Shown here one piece after another: positions 22,517 through 39,180 of a stretch of DNA of 64,000 nt. The notes below the pieces were generated by a model, which had not been told where the DNA came from, searched no databases, and was given only the letters and a program-made list of their open reading frames with translations. Within the stretch, counting starts at the first letter, position 1; each line of letters begins with the position of its first letter. Origin of the DNA: the human T2T-CHM13v2.0 reference genome, Homo sapiens; NCBI RefSeq assembly GCF_009914755.1, contig NC_060926.1; one strand, written 5' to 3'. Both the position numbers and the translations under genes were made by a program.

Positions 22517-23029
22517 CGCTCCAGGGCACAGCAGGGCGGATGGAGCTGGGGAGGCTCACCTGCAGCAGCCGCCACAACGACCTTGTGCAGATTTTGTTTC
22601 CTTGGTTTTCCATTAATAATTCCTTTTTCATTATTGAAAGAAAAATAGATGTTTTCATTAACACAGCAATCAAATCTTCCTGTTAGTTATCAGAGTTTGT
22701 TGAACAGAAACTACTTTTATTCTTTAACTTCTTACTTTCTTTCCTGCTTTCTAGACCTCCTGCAAGGCTGTAATCCTGACATTTATTTCCCCTACACACC
22801 TGAATTAGTTCCACAGTTACCTGGGCCTCAAGCCTTTGTCTTTAATAGGTTTCTTTTCATTCTGCTAGAGTACGTCCTTCAGTTGTGTGTGTATATGCAT
22901 GTGTGTTTCTTTTAAGGTGTTGGAAATAAACATTTTTACTACTCCCATGTAGGAAAATATCTTTATTGTCCCTTAATCTTCATGACAGTTTGGCTGAATA
23001 CAAAATTCTGGTTTCAAAATTATTTCCAA

Positions 23030-24106
<1,077 letters not shown>

Positions 24107-25379
24107 CAAACAAGAGTTTTAAAAAGAAGATAGAGAAATATGGCTTTATAACTCTCAGGTCCCTCATCCATAGACACACACACAGAGAGCTTGAAAGGGT
24201 TAGAGGTTGCAGAAGGGAGGAGGCTGTTTCTGGAGTGTTCTTGGTGTGCGGGGAGTCCTTCCTCCTGGAGGGGCTCCACCCCTTCACCTAAAGCAAAGAG
24301 AGATAATAAACTCAGAGGGTTTGTTTTCTGCAGTCTAGGGGAGCCCACCTGGAAAATCAGGAGGTCAAGCACCACCTGCTGGGAGAGCAGAGCAAGGTGA
24401 GTTCCCTGCACCAGCGGCCTTCACTCCCAAAGTCGACGCAGGTGGAGGATGCCTGAGGGCATCCTTGGACCCACTGGGGCTTGTGCCAGAGAGAGCATGT
24501 GGATTGTCATTGGTCCTGTCTGTGAGATCCTCTGGAGGGGTGGACAGGTGCTGGGATCTAAGGAAGGTTTGGGAGATCAGCAGGGAGAAGCCATGCTCAC
24601 CCTCATAAAGGGAATTACAGGAAGAGATCCCTAATAGGGAGGCAGGGGACACCTCCAGCAAACACACCAACATCGCCAGAAAGAAGCATCTTTAAACACC
24701 TGACCAAACCAAACTAAAACTGGATCCATGCAGCCAGGTGAGGGCCCTCCTAACTTCTTGGGTCTTCTCCCTCCCCCTGCTCCATTCCCAAAATGTGAGA
24801 AACTGCAATTAGCAGGAAGTAGGGAAAGAGAAGCAACGGTCATGCCTCTCTCTCCCACCTGGGGTCACCTGTGCAGACCTCAGCCCAAAAAAGGAGAAGC
24901 TAGGCAAATGAGTGACTGGCTGGTGGCCACTTATCTCGACAAGAATAAGAAAAACCATAAGATTTGCCCTAAGTTTCACTCAGAGACAGGCAAAAACAAA
25001 CAAACAAAAAACAACAACGACAACAGCAACAACAAACCAGCCCTGTGTCATGAATTCAAGGGGGTCACGTGAGGCTTTTCTGATTCCATCCCTGCTGCTC
25101 AGCTGAACAGGGACATCGTAGGTATTGCCTCATTATCTCCCAGCATCTGGTGTTTCTGTGGAGACGCCTGATACCAGTCTGGATTCCCATTCCTTTGAAG
25201 GTGTAAACATTTGCATGTTTTTCTCTCTGAAGCTTTGAAGCTCTTCCCTTTTTCCTTGATGTTCACATTTTCACGCAGTTGTATCTGACTGAGTCTGGGT
25301 CATTTGTTTCTTCCTTCTGTTCTGCAGAACCAGAGGGCGGTGTTAAAGAGCACAGGGTGGAAGGGCTCCACGAGTACTA

Positions 25380-28197
<2,818 letters not shown>

Positions 28198-28619
28198 TTG
28201 GGGCAGGAGAAATTAAGGGCTTTAAAAAAAGTAAGATATATCTTGTAATCAAAATCTGCCTCTTAAATCTCAGGTGTGAATGGCTGACTGGATTGCTTTC
28301 CCACCTAGAAGGCAAACATATCAAGGCACAATAGTCATGTGATATGGACAAAAACCACAGACACCCGATGGCACCACTTCCCTTTTGGAGCAAAAGCTGT
28401 TGCTCAAAATGTGTGAGTCTGAGAGGAAATTCAGACATCCCAATCCCATCTCGTATGTTGCTTGGAGGAAAATATCTCAGGTGCTTAATACATTTTTGTC
28501 AAATTAGCCAGCTAATATTTAAATAATAAGTGTTGATTTCTTTGTTCTCTTGGAGTAACAACAATAAATATTTCTACCCCTTGGCAAAAAGGCCTGATAT
28601 AGTCAAGAATCTGAAGTCT

Positions 28620-29375
28620 CATCACGACATCAGCAGAAATGGACAGTAAGGACCTCCAAACTTCCACTTCCCCATTAAAGTGACCTGAACACTGGCAAAA
28701 AATGCTCAAATCAATTTTTTAAAACTCTGGAAACTAACCAAAGGCTCACAGCAATGTTAAAGTGTTTATTAAAGAGAAGCAGCTGAATTTCAGTAAAAGC
28801 AGTGAACTTTGTGGGGTTGAACTTCTCTTACTGGCATTCCCCTCTTGCAGCAGCCTGGAAAACCAAAATCTCCACAATCCCAGTGAAAACCAACAGCCTA
28901 GCAGCCACTGGAAAGGGCAAAATAGGTTTGGGCTTCCCGAAAGCCTCATTACAGAGACTTTTCATTGTTTGACCTGTCTGCAGCTCTGGAAAGCCTTACT
29001 AGCAGGGCTTGTCTTTATATGACTTGACTTGGCATTCACTGAGCATGAATAGCCTTTTCTCCAGGGACATTTGTTGAAGACAATCAGTGGCAGTTGTTTA
29101 ACATTACAGCTGCCTGCAATCATGCTACCAGTTGGGACAAACAAGAAGCTGACCAAAAAACATAAAAGGAAAAGCTGAAGTATCCAGAGTGGGCTTTGGA
29201 AAGTTCTGGCATGTTCCTAGGAACCTGGAAGGCCTTGTACATGTGTGACAGTGTTGCATGCCTGGGATAGATCTGAAAATGCCCTAAGTTCTCACCTCTG
29301 GGTGACCTTGAAGATCAGTATCATCAGAAAGAGAAGGCTAAGAGTTATCAGTTGCCTGGATGAATGTTGAAGGTA
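28620..29375 (+). mobile_element. Ancient L1M 5'UTR
   Basis: aactctggaaactaaccaaaggct...gctgaatttcagtaaaagcagtgaactttgtgg resembles old L1M 5' ends. Confidence 0.6.
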
Positions 29376-30578
29376 TGAACATATGGTCAACAGAATTAGC
29401 CATGAAAACCACAAGGAGATGCCACTTCACACTCACCAGGATGGCTGTTATCAGAAATGTTGGCAAGGATGTGGAGAAAGTGGAGCCCTTGTACATTGTG
29501 GTATAAAATGGTGCAGCCACTTTCAAAAACAGTTTAGCATTCCCTCAAAAATGCCAACATAGATAGATTTACCATATTACTCAGTAATTCCATTCCTAGT
29601 TATATACTCAAGAACACTGAAAATACATGTCTGTGCAAAAATTGTACACAAATGTTCACAGCAACTTTATTCATAAAAGGCAAAAAGTAGAAATCAGATT
29701 CCATCAATTGATGAGTAAATAAAATGTGTTATATCCATAGAATAGAAAATAATTTAGCCATAAAAGGGAATAAAGTACAGATTCATGCTACAACTTGGGT
29801 CAACCTTGAAACATTATGCTACATGAAAAAAGCCAGGCACAAAAGGTCAGATATTGTATGATTCCATTTCCATGAAATGTCTGGAATTGACGAATATGGA
29901 GAGACAGAAGGTAGATTAGTTGTTGCCAAAGGCTAGGGCAAAAAGCAAATGGAAAATAATTGCCCTTGATTGAAGGGTTCCTTTTTTTTCTTCAGTCTTT
30001 CATGTTCAGCTTATTTTCAATTTTTTTAAAATTTCAATTGCTTTTGGGGTATCAGTGGCTTTTGGTTACATGGATGAATTGTCTGAGATTTTAATGCACC
30101 CCTCACCTGAGTAATGTACATTGTATTCAATATGTAGTTTTTATCTCTCGCCCCCCAACCACCCTCCCCCTCTGAGTCTCCATAGTCCATTATATGACTG
30201 TATACCTTTGTGTACCCATAGCTTAGCTCCCACCTGTAAGTAAGAATATATGGTATTTGGTTTTCCATTCCTGAGTTATTTCACTTAGAGTAATGGCCTC
30301 CAGCTCTATTCAAGTTGCTGAAAAAGACATTATTTTGTTCTTTTTTATGGCTGAGTACTATTTCATGGTGTATATATACCACATTTTCTTTATCCATTCA
30401 TCGGTCAGTGGGCACTTAGGTTGGTTCCATGTCTTTGCAATTGTGAATTGTGTTGCAATAAACATATGTGTGCGGTGTCCTCTTGATATAATGACTTTTT
30501 TTCCTTTGGGTAGATACCCAGCAGTGGGATTGCTGGATCAAATTATAGATATACTTTTAGTTCTTTAAGAAATCTCTG

Positions 30579-30937
30579 GGCCAGGTGCAGTGGCTCACTT
30601 CTGTAATCCCAACACTTTGGGAGGCCAAGGTGAGCAGATCGCTTGAACCCAGGAATTTGAGACCAGTCTAGCAATATAGTGAGACTTCATCTCTTCAAAA
30701 ATAAATTTTAAAATTAGCCAAGTGTGGTGGTATGCACCTGTAGTCCCAGCTTCTTGGGAGCCTGAGGTGGGAGGATCACTTGATCCTGGGAAGTGGAGTT
30801 TGCTGTCCACCTCCCAGGCTCAAGCATTAATGGTACATGAGCACACCACCACTGCCCTCCATTCTGGACAACAGAAGAAGACTCTGCAAAAAAAAGAAAA
30901 AAAAAAGGAAGGAAGGAAGGGAGGGAGGGAAGGAAAG

Positions 30938-31000
<63 letters not shown>

Positions 31001-31004
31001 GAAA
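30579..31004 (+). mobile_element. AluJ with tail expanded to (GGAA)/(GAAA)n
   Basis: J-type gaacccaggaatttgagacc and ggaggatcacttga; STR at 30887-31004. Confidence 0.92.
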
Positions 31005-32156
31005 GATTTCCATACTGTCTTCCATAAAGTTTGCACTGATTTACATTCCCACAGCAGTGTATAATCGTTCCCTTTTCATCATATGCATGCCAACATCTTT
31101 TGTTTTTTGACTCTTTAATAATGGCCATTCTTGCAGGAGTAAGGTGGTATCTCATTGCGGTTTTAATATGCATTTCCCTGATGATTAGCGATGTTGAGCA
31201 TTTTTTCATTTGCATGTTGGTCATTCTTGCTGATTTGTTTGAGTTCCTTGTAGATTCTGGATATAAGTTCTTTGCCAGGTGCATAGTTTGCAAATATTTT
31301 CTCCCATTCTGTGGGTTGTCTGTTTACTCTGATGATTATTTCTTTTGCTGTACAGAAGCATTTTAGTTTAATTAGGTCTCTTTTATTTTATTTTATTTTG
31401 CATTTGCTTTTGGGGTCTTAGTCATGAATTGTTTGTCTAGGCCAATGTCCAGAAGAGTTTTTCCTAGGTTTTCTTCTAGAATTTCAATGGTTTCAGGTCT
31501 TAGATTTAAGCCTTTTATCCATTTCAAGTTGATTTTTGTATAAGGTGAGAGATAGGGATCCAGTTTCATTCTTCTACATGTGGCTAGCCAGTTTTCCCAG
31601 CACTGTTTATTAAATAGGGTATTCTTTCCCCAATTTATGTTTTTGTATCCTTTGTCAAAGTCAGTTGATTGTAGGTATTTGGCTTTATTTCTGGGTTCTC
31701 TATTCTGTTCCACTGGTCTATGTGTCTACTTTTGTACAAGTACCGTGCTGTTTTGGTAACTCTAGCCTTACAGTATAATTTGAAGTTTGGTCATATAATG
31801 CCTCCAGATTTGTTCTTTTTGCTTAGGATTGCTTTAGGTATTCAGGCTCTTTTTAAGTTCCGTATGAATTTTAGAATTGTTTTTTCTAATTCTGTGAAAA
31901 CTAATGTTGGTATTTTGATAGGAATGGCATTGAATTTGTAGATTACTTTGGGCAGTATGGTAATTTCCATGATACTGATTCTTCCAATCCATGAGCATGG
32001 GGTGTGTTTCCATTCATTTGTGTCATGTATTATTTCTTTCAACAGTGTTTTGTAGTTCTCCTTGGTTAAGCATATTCCTGGGTTGTTGGGTGTTTGTTTG
32101 TTTGTTTTTGTTTTTGTTTTTGTATTTTTACAGCTGTAAGGGGTTGAGTTCTTAAT

Positions 32157-32810
32157 TTAAGTCTCAGCTTGGTCATTGTTGGTGTATAGCAGTGCTACTA
32201 ATTTGTATGCATTGATTTTGTAACCTGAGGCCTTACTGATTTTTGTTATCAAATTTAAGAGTCTTTTGGAGGAGTCTTTAAGGTTTTCTAGGTGTATGAT
32301 GATATCATTGGTGAGCAGCGATAGTTTGACTTCCTCTTTTCCAATTTGGATGCCCTTTATTTCTTTCTCTTGTCTGATTGCTCTGGCTAGGACTTCCAGT
32401 ACTATGTTGAATAGAAGTGATAAAAGTGGGCATCCTTTTGTTGTTCCAGTTCTCAGGGGGAATGCTTTCAACTTTTCCCCGTTCAGTATAATGTTGGCTG
32501 TGGTTTTGTCATATGCGGCTTTTATTATTTTGAGGTAAGTCCCTTCTATGTCTAGTTTGTTGAGTGTTTTTATCATAAAGAGATGCTGGATTTTATCATA
32601 TGCTTTTTCTCCATCTATTGAAATGATCATATGGTTTTTGTTTTTAATTCTGTTTATGTGATGTATCACATTTATTGGCCTGCATATGTTAAACCATCCC
32701 TGCATTCCTAGGGTGAAACCAACTTGATCATGATGTATCATCATCCGTTTGATGTGCTGTTGGATTTGATTAGCTAGTATTTTGTTGGGGATTTTTGCAT
32801 CTGTGTTCAT
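32157..32810 (-). pseudogene. L1 ORF2p reverse-transcriptase remnant (inactive)
   Basis: [18 protein letters not shown]...[40 protein letters not shown]; catalytic FADD reads LTND. Confidence 0.9.
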
Positions 32811-33602
32811 CAGGGATATTGGTCTGTAGTTTTCTCTTTTTGTTATGTCCTTTCCTGGTTTTGGTATCAGGGTAATACTGGCTTCATAGAATCAGTTAGG
32901 AAGAGGTCCCTCTTTCTCAATCTTTTGGAATAGTTTCAGTAGGGTTGGCACCAATTTTTCTTTGAATATCTGGTAGAATTCAGCTATGAATCCATCTCAC
33001 CCTGGGTTTTGTTGTTGTTGTTGTTGGCATTTTTTAAAATTACTGACTCAACTCACTGCTTGTTATTGGTCTGTTCAGGGTTTCTGTTTCTTCTTGATTT
33101 AATCTAGGAGGAGTGTATGTTTCCAGTAATTTATCAAGTTCCTTTAGACTTTCTAGTTTATATGCATTGAGGTGTTCATAGTAGTCTCAAATGATTTTTT
33201 TGTATTTCTGTGGTGTCAGTTGTAGTGTCTCCAATTTCATTTCTAGTTAAGTTTATTTGAATTTCTCTCTTTTCTTGGTTAATGTAGTGAATGGCATGTC
33301 AATTTTGTTTATCTTTTCAAAGAACCAGCTTTTTGTTTCATTGATCTTTTGTATTTCTTTGTTTCAATTTCATTTAGTTCTACTCTTATCTTTGTTATTT
33401 ATTTTATTCTGCTAGCTTTGGCTTTAGTTTGTTCTTGTTTCTGTAGTTCCTTAAGATGTGACATTAGGTTGTTAATTTGTAGTCTTTCATACCTTTTGAT
33501 GTAGGTATTTAGTGCTATAAACTTTCCTCTTAGCACAGCTTTTGCTGTGTCCCAGAGGTTTTTATAACTTGTGTCGTTATTATCATTCACTTCAAGGAAT
33601 TT

Positions 33603-33995
33603 TTAAATTTCCATCTTGATTTCATTGTTACCCCCAAAATCATTCAGTAACAGATTGTTTAATTTCCATTCATTTGTGTAGTTTTGAAGGTTCCTTTCAT
33701 AGTTGATTTCTAGTTTTATTCCACCATGGTCTGAGAATATATTAATACTTGATATGATTTCAATATTTTTAAATGTATTGAGACTTGTTTGGGGAGTTAT
33801 CATATAATCTATCTTGGAGAATATTCCATGTGCTGAAGAGAAGAATGTATATTCTGCTGTTCTTGGGTAGAATGTTCTGTAAATATCTGCTAGATGCATT
33901 TGTTCTAGAGTATAGTTGAAGTCCATTATTTCTTTGTTGACCTTCTGTCTCAATGATCTCTTTAGTGCTATCAGTAGAGTGTTGAAGTCCCCCAC
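33603..33995 (-). pseudogene. L1 ORF2p APE-like endonuclease remnant
   Basis: GDFNT, YTFFSSAHGIFSKIDY and SDH motifs. Confidence 0.9.
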
Positions 33996-34531
33996 TATTA
34001 TTGTGTTGCTGTCTGTCTCATTTCTTAGGTCTAGTAGTAAATGTTTTATGAATCTAAGAGCCCCAGCGTTAGGTGGATATGAATTTAGGATTATAATATT
34101 CTCTTGTTAGATTGATTTTTTTTGTTATTATATAATGACCTTCTTTGTCTTTTTTTATTGTTGTTGCTTTAAGGTCTATTTTATCTGATATGAGCATAGC
34201 TACTCCTGCTCTCTTTTGGTTTCCATTTGCATGGAATATCTTTTTCCATTTCTTTACCTTGAGTTTTTATGAATCCTTATATGTTAGGTGAGCCTCTTGA
34301 AGACAGCAGATATTTGGTTTGTGGTTTTTCATCCATTCTGCAAATTTGTATCTTTTAAATGGGACATTTAGGCCATTTACAGTCAACATTAATACTGAGA
34401 TGTGAGGTACTGTTCCAGTCATCATCTTAGTTGTTTCCTAGATACTTTTTTTTAATTGTGTTATTATTTTGTAGGCCCTGTGACTTTTAGGCTTTCAAGA
34501 GGTTCTATTCTGGCTCATATCAATCTTTTGT

Positions 34532-34823
34532 TTAAGGATTTAGAACTCCTTTTAGCATTTTATGCAAGGCTGGTCTAGTAGTGACAAATTCCCTCAGCAT
34601 TTGTTTGTCTGAAAATGGCTTTGTTTCTCCTTCGTTTAGGAAAGAGTTTTGCTGGATACAAAATTCTTGGCTAACAGGTATTTTGTTTAAGGAGGCTAAA
34701 GATAGGATCCCAAACCCTTCTGGCTTGTAAAGTTTCTGGTGCAAAGTCTGCTGTTAGTCTGATAAGTATTCCTTTATGGGTTACCTGGTGCTTTTGTCTC
34801 ACTGCTTTCAGAATTCTTTCAAG
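34532..34823 (-). pseudogene. L1 ORF1p C-terminal remnant (frameshifted)
   Basis: ERILKAVRQKHQVTHKG.IRLTADF.PETLQARR and FSDKQMLREFVTTRPAL in different frames. Confidence 0.88.
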
Positions 34824-34979
34824 TGAAGGGTTTCTTTTAGGGGTGATGAAAACCTTTAGATAGTGATATTGGTTGCACATTTTTATAAATATACCAAAAG
34901 CTGTTGAATTGTGCACATCAATGAGTAAATTTATAGTATGCCAGTTATACTTCAGTAAAAATAATCTGAATCTCTATTT

Positions 34980-35920
34980 TCAGATTTCAACACCTGTGTT
35001 GCCAAGGTTGGACTATTACAGGGTGTAACTTTTTGGTGGGTTCCAATATAATTCACACCTTCCTCTGGAGTTTTCTCCTAGAAGAAAACAGAAAGAACTG
35101 CCATGGGTTGCCCTTTTCTGTTTTCCTTTTTAATGGCCTCTGGTTTTTATTTTATGGAAAAAGTATTTTATTAGATAACTCTGAAATACCAATTGTATCT
35201 TCTTTAAGTTATCTTTTGCACATCTCTGTTTCCTCCAGGATTTGTTCCTGTTGGTGTCTTTCTCTTATACATTTGTTTTGCTGAATGTGTGGTGCTATTT
35301 AGTTGTCCTTTTAGGTTTATGAAAGAAGGCCTTGGTTGAATAATATAAATCACTAGTACGAAGTGCCTCATCTTCCAGGTGGCTCTGTTTCCCCCAGGTG
35401 CCTGGGCATGGGGTTGAAGCATGCATATGGCAAACTTTATTTTGACTCAAGATGAAAAGCAGGTGAGTTTGGCAATGCCCTCCCCTCCTACCAGAGTTAG
35501 GGTGGCTTTCCCTGGGCCAGAACTCACATTGCAAGATTTAGTCCTTCCCTGGTAAATAGTTCATTTTCTTACTGTTTCTCTTCTCTTAATCTGAGGCCAA
35601 CTCCACGGCTGGTGCATAGTTCTGTGTGGGTCCCATATATCCCCTCTCCTCCCTCCCTGCCTCCTCCATGATCAGGGGAGGGAACAGCTTCCGTTTCTGC
35701 TGCAGTCACTCTGGGCTCTACTCTGCTTCACCCATCAGTACAATCGTCTCTGCCATCCATGTTCTTCAAATTCATAAAAATCTCTTGCCTCCTAACAACT
35801 GTTCTCCACCCCAGTCTTTTGTTGTTATTAATTTTACACTTCTTTACTACTATTTCAGAGGAGATTTGGGAGTCAGGAAAGATAAATGCAGGTGCTCAGC
35901 CACTACTTTAAACTGGGACC
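34980..35920 (-). mobile_element. Ancient L1M/HAL1-like 5' end
   Basis: Ends gatttgggagtcaggaaagataaatgcaggtgctcagcccactactttaaactgg, resembling an antisense old-L1 5' terminus. Confidence 0.4.
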
Positions 35921-37649
35921 CATCATATCACTAATGTCTTTTAAGTCATCCAGGACACTCATCAGAGACAGAATTATGGGTCTCTTGCTTCCTGCCCCAT
36001 CCTTCTTTCCTTGCATCTCTGCTTGGAATTTGCCCCATGAGACTGTCAACCTGTGAAGGTGGGGACAAGCATAGGGCATGGCACAAAAATAGCTGCTATG
36101 CAAAGTGCACAGATGGTTTTCTGAAAATAAATGTTTGTTAAATGATTGAACAAATCAATTAATATTAACATTATAGTCAGAATTTAGGAATGTACCTGTA
36201 AATATATTGCACAAAATCCTACCTTTTCCTTTCTCATTTAAAAATCAAGTACAGAATTTTTAAATTATGAATAATTGATTATTTTCTTATCTCAGTCTTT
36301 CGGTGCAGTCCGCACAAGCTCCAGTCAGCACTGCTGAGAAATAATTGACACAGGCCCTCCTGGAAGCTATACTGTAGCCCAGGCATGAAAAATGCCAGGA
36401 GGACTCCATCCCCTTCCAATGTGGGAAGCTATTTTTCAAGCCAAAGAAAAGTCTTTCAAATATCAAATGTTTTCCTACCAGGCTTTATAAAATAAAGGCA
36501 AAGTCTCCAGGAAACCTGGATGTAATGAGAAACTTTTAAAATTGCACCAGGAAATTTCTAGGGCTTAAGCCAAACAAACTTATGCATAATGAATCTCCAC
36601 AAAGCTCTCATTATCATGTAGATTTAGATATGTAGCAATCAAATTTACCAATTCCTGTAACAAAACTTACTCCCGCCCCCACTGTTGCTCTATGTGGGCA
36701 AGTCTTCCATAAGATTTATATTCTGATGCTCTGGTGATAGCGTGGACTCTAGATTCGATTGTCAAAGACAGGTAGCTCCTCAGAGAGGAAATCAGAGCTA
36801 CCCTAGAGATCTAGAGACTCAGCCCCCTGCAGGGCTCCACCTCCAGGGCTCAGACCCACCATATCCTGAAGAAGCTCCTGCCTCAGCCACATCTTGCAGG
36901 AAACATGAAAAAGGGCAGAGCACTAGGCTCAGTACCAGCCTCTGCTGAGCACTGGGTCTTCTCCCACATGCCAAACCTCTTGGCCTCCAGGCACCAGCCC
37001 TTGCCCCCTTCCCACTCTGCTCTGCTCTGATCTGGTGTCTGCTCTGATTCTGATCAACTCCCACCTGGCTAGTTCCACTTCACCATGGCAAGCAGCAGCC
37101 TGGATCTTTGGAGGTGGTCCTGGTTTCCAGTTCTCCGTCCTATAGTCCTACAAGGACATTCAGTGAATGGTCATTGTTTGGAATTTGAGTTTGGCCATCC
37201 CTCCTTCCAGCTTGTCCACATTTCTGTACTCAACGCTGCACTGAAGCCTGACCTGTAATACCAGCCATCCCGTTTCCAAAACCTGACACGTTCTGGGAAG
37301 TTCCACCCTCCTGCTACTCACATCCCTGCATGGCACAAGCTTGGGTGTGTTTGCAACCTACCTAGACTTGTTGACAGAACTTAGCTTTGCTGGCTATGGG
37401 CCTTTACAAGACAAGCTCTGGCACCTACATCTTTATCCTGTGCCCTGGCCCACAGCAGACAACTGAGCAGTGGGGCTTTCTATGTCTATCTGTGCCAATA
37501 CCATAAGACAAGCCCTTCACCCGGCACCTATGCATTGGGGAATAATGACTTGGGTCTCTGCCTGCCATTGCTGACCTCTGTTTTCTAGGGCCACAGACTA
37601 TGTTTGCTGGGGATGAGGGTAGTTGATGAATATTAACTAAACCTTCAAA

Positions 37650-38420
37650 GCTCAGGCATCTCACACCCAGAGTCAAGAGCCTGGTCTCTAAATACAATGT
37701 TCCAATAAAACATTGGAACTGCTCAAAAAGCAAAAGGATGGGGCATGTCAAAGGGACACAGGGCCCAAATGGAAAGAGGTGAAGCTGGAATAATTTAGGC
37801 AAAAATATAAACAGCGTGATATTGAAATATAACCTGAAGCATAATCTACCAGGTCTCTACTGTTATAAATAAACATTTGAATAAATAACTGAATGGGAAA
37901 ATAGACAAATCTTCCTTACAGAAGAATTTCAAGCAGTATATATAGATGCTGTCATCTAACAGGTGGAGCTTAACCCTCTCCCCTTGAGGGTAGCTAGACT
38001 TACTGATGCACTCCTGTAGAGTAGTCTAGGGAAAGGGGAAAGAGTGATTTACAGTGAAGGAATCTGGCAAACACCATGTTAGCCAAGTGGTCAGAGATAA
38101 CATCACCAGTGATGCCGTGCATATTCCATGTACCGCTGATGTGACGTGATGAGAAAGAAGGGCTCTTAACCTCATAGTCTCTCAAAACACCCAAACAGCC
38201 AGTGTAATCATGAGGAAAATACTAGACAAACCCAGACTGGGGACATTCTAAAGAATACCTAACCAGTTCCTCAAGATGGCCAAGGTCATGAAAAGAAGGA
38301 AAGTGTAGAAAACAGCTTGGTGGTTCCTCAAAAAGTTAAGCAGAATTGCTGTATGATCCAGCAATTTGATTCCTAGGTATATGCCCCAAAGAATTGAAAA
38401 CAGAGACTCAAACAAGGCTT
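37650..38420 (+). mobile_element. L1MC3/4 3'UTR followed by a short L1MB fragment
   Basis: gacaaatcttccttacagaagaattt, aatctggcaaacacca, caaacccagactggggacattcta; then gttcctcaaaaagttaa. Confidence 0.8.
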
Positions 38421-38969
38421 TATTTTTTGAGTACCGTTATCTGCCACACAAGCAATCTTCATTTTATGCAATAAATTTATATTCTAAGTTCCTGCTGTGC
38501 AAATGAGTGAGTTTGGGAAGAAGAAAGGTGACACAGATACTCACCCATGGGTGCCCTGGCTGCCGAGAACTGTCCCAGAACAGAGAGTCGAGGCTACTGA
38601 GAGGATTTGCTTCTGACAGGAGTAATAGAGAGGCAAGGGTAGAAACGTGCAAGGGCGGGCGATCCACTCATGCTTCCCGGTCACCTCCTGTGTAACATTA
38701 GGGTCCAGGGGCATTTCCAGAAGCCTGGCCCTCTACCTCCAGCCCGGGGGGTGCCACCCGCTGGCCCATTAGGCTTCTGAGGGCCCAGCTGTGCTTGTCT
38801 ATCTCTTCATTCACAGTAGGAAACACAGAGTTTGGCATAAAGTCAAATTTAACTGAATGAATGCTATTGACTGTGTTTGGGGAGGGTGAAGGAATGTAAC
38901 AAAACAGCAGAAAACAGAATTACAAATGTTTAGAAAGAGGAAGAAAATGAAGCCAGTATTTCTTGAATC

Positions 38970-39180
38970 CCACGTGCCATAGTTACTCTGCCCCGGTCCT
39001 TACATATATTCTTTAAATGCACACAATGCCTTAAAATAGGAACATTATTTGTAAATGAGGAAACATACCTCAAGAAGATTGATTAATTTTCCCAGTCTGT
39101 CAGCCAGCAAATGACAAAGAAAAGATTTGTACCCAGCTATGTCTTCCTCTAAAACTTCTGATTCTTCCACTAAATCAGCC
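38970..39180 (-). mobile_element. MIR
   Basis: ttttgtaaatgaggaaac...gatttgtacccag...ttcttccacta. Confidence 0.65.

Larger units (their letters stand above)
29986..34823 (-). mobile_element. 5'-truncated L1PB2-like LINE-1 (~4.8 kb including a nested Alu)
   Basis: PB-type 3'UTR, ORF2 and ORF1 remnants; TSD tgaagggtt(c/t)ctttt at 29971-29985 and 34824-34838. Confidence 0.92.
29395..34962 (+). mobile_element. L1MB7/8-like 3' end (29395-29985 and 34824-34962) split by L1PB2
   Basis: aaaagccaggcacaaaaggtc...gacagaaggtagattagt, resuming ttttaggggtgatgaaaa after the duplicated target. Confidence 0.85.

Noticed and set aside
24190-24950. Possible ancient LTR-like element; similar doubt for 36690-37300
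   Set aside because: Only a vague resemblance; I could not define termini, a TSD or a family.
30714-31064. KERKKERK and FLSFFLSF low-complexity ORFs
   Set aside because: Translations of the (GAAA)n Alu tail.
32157-32810. 217-aa reverse-transcriptase-like ORF as a novel RT system
   Set aside because: Ordinary L1 ORF2 remnant in a truncated, frameshifted L1PB2; the catalytic motif is mutated.
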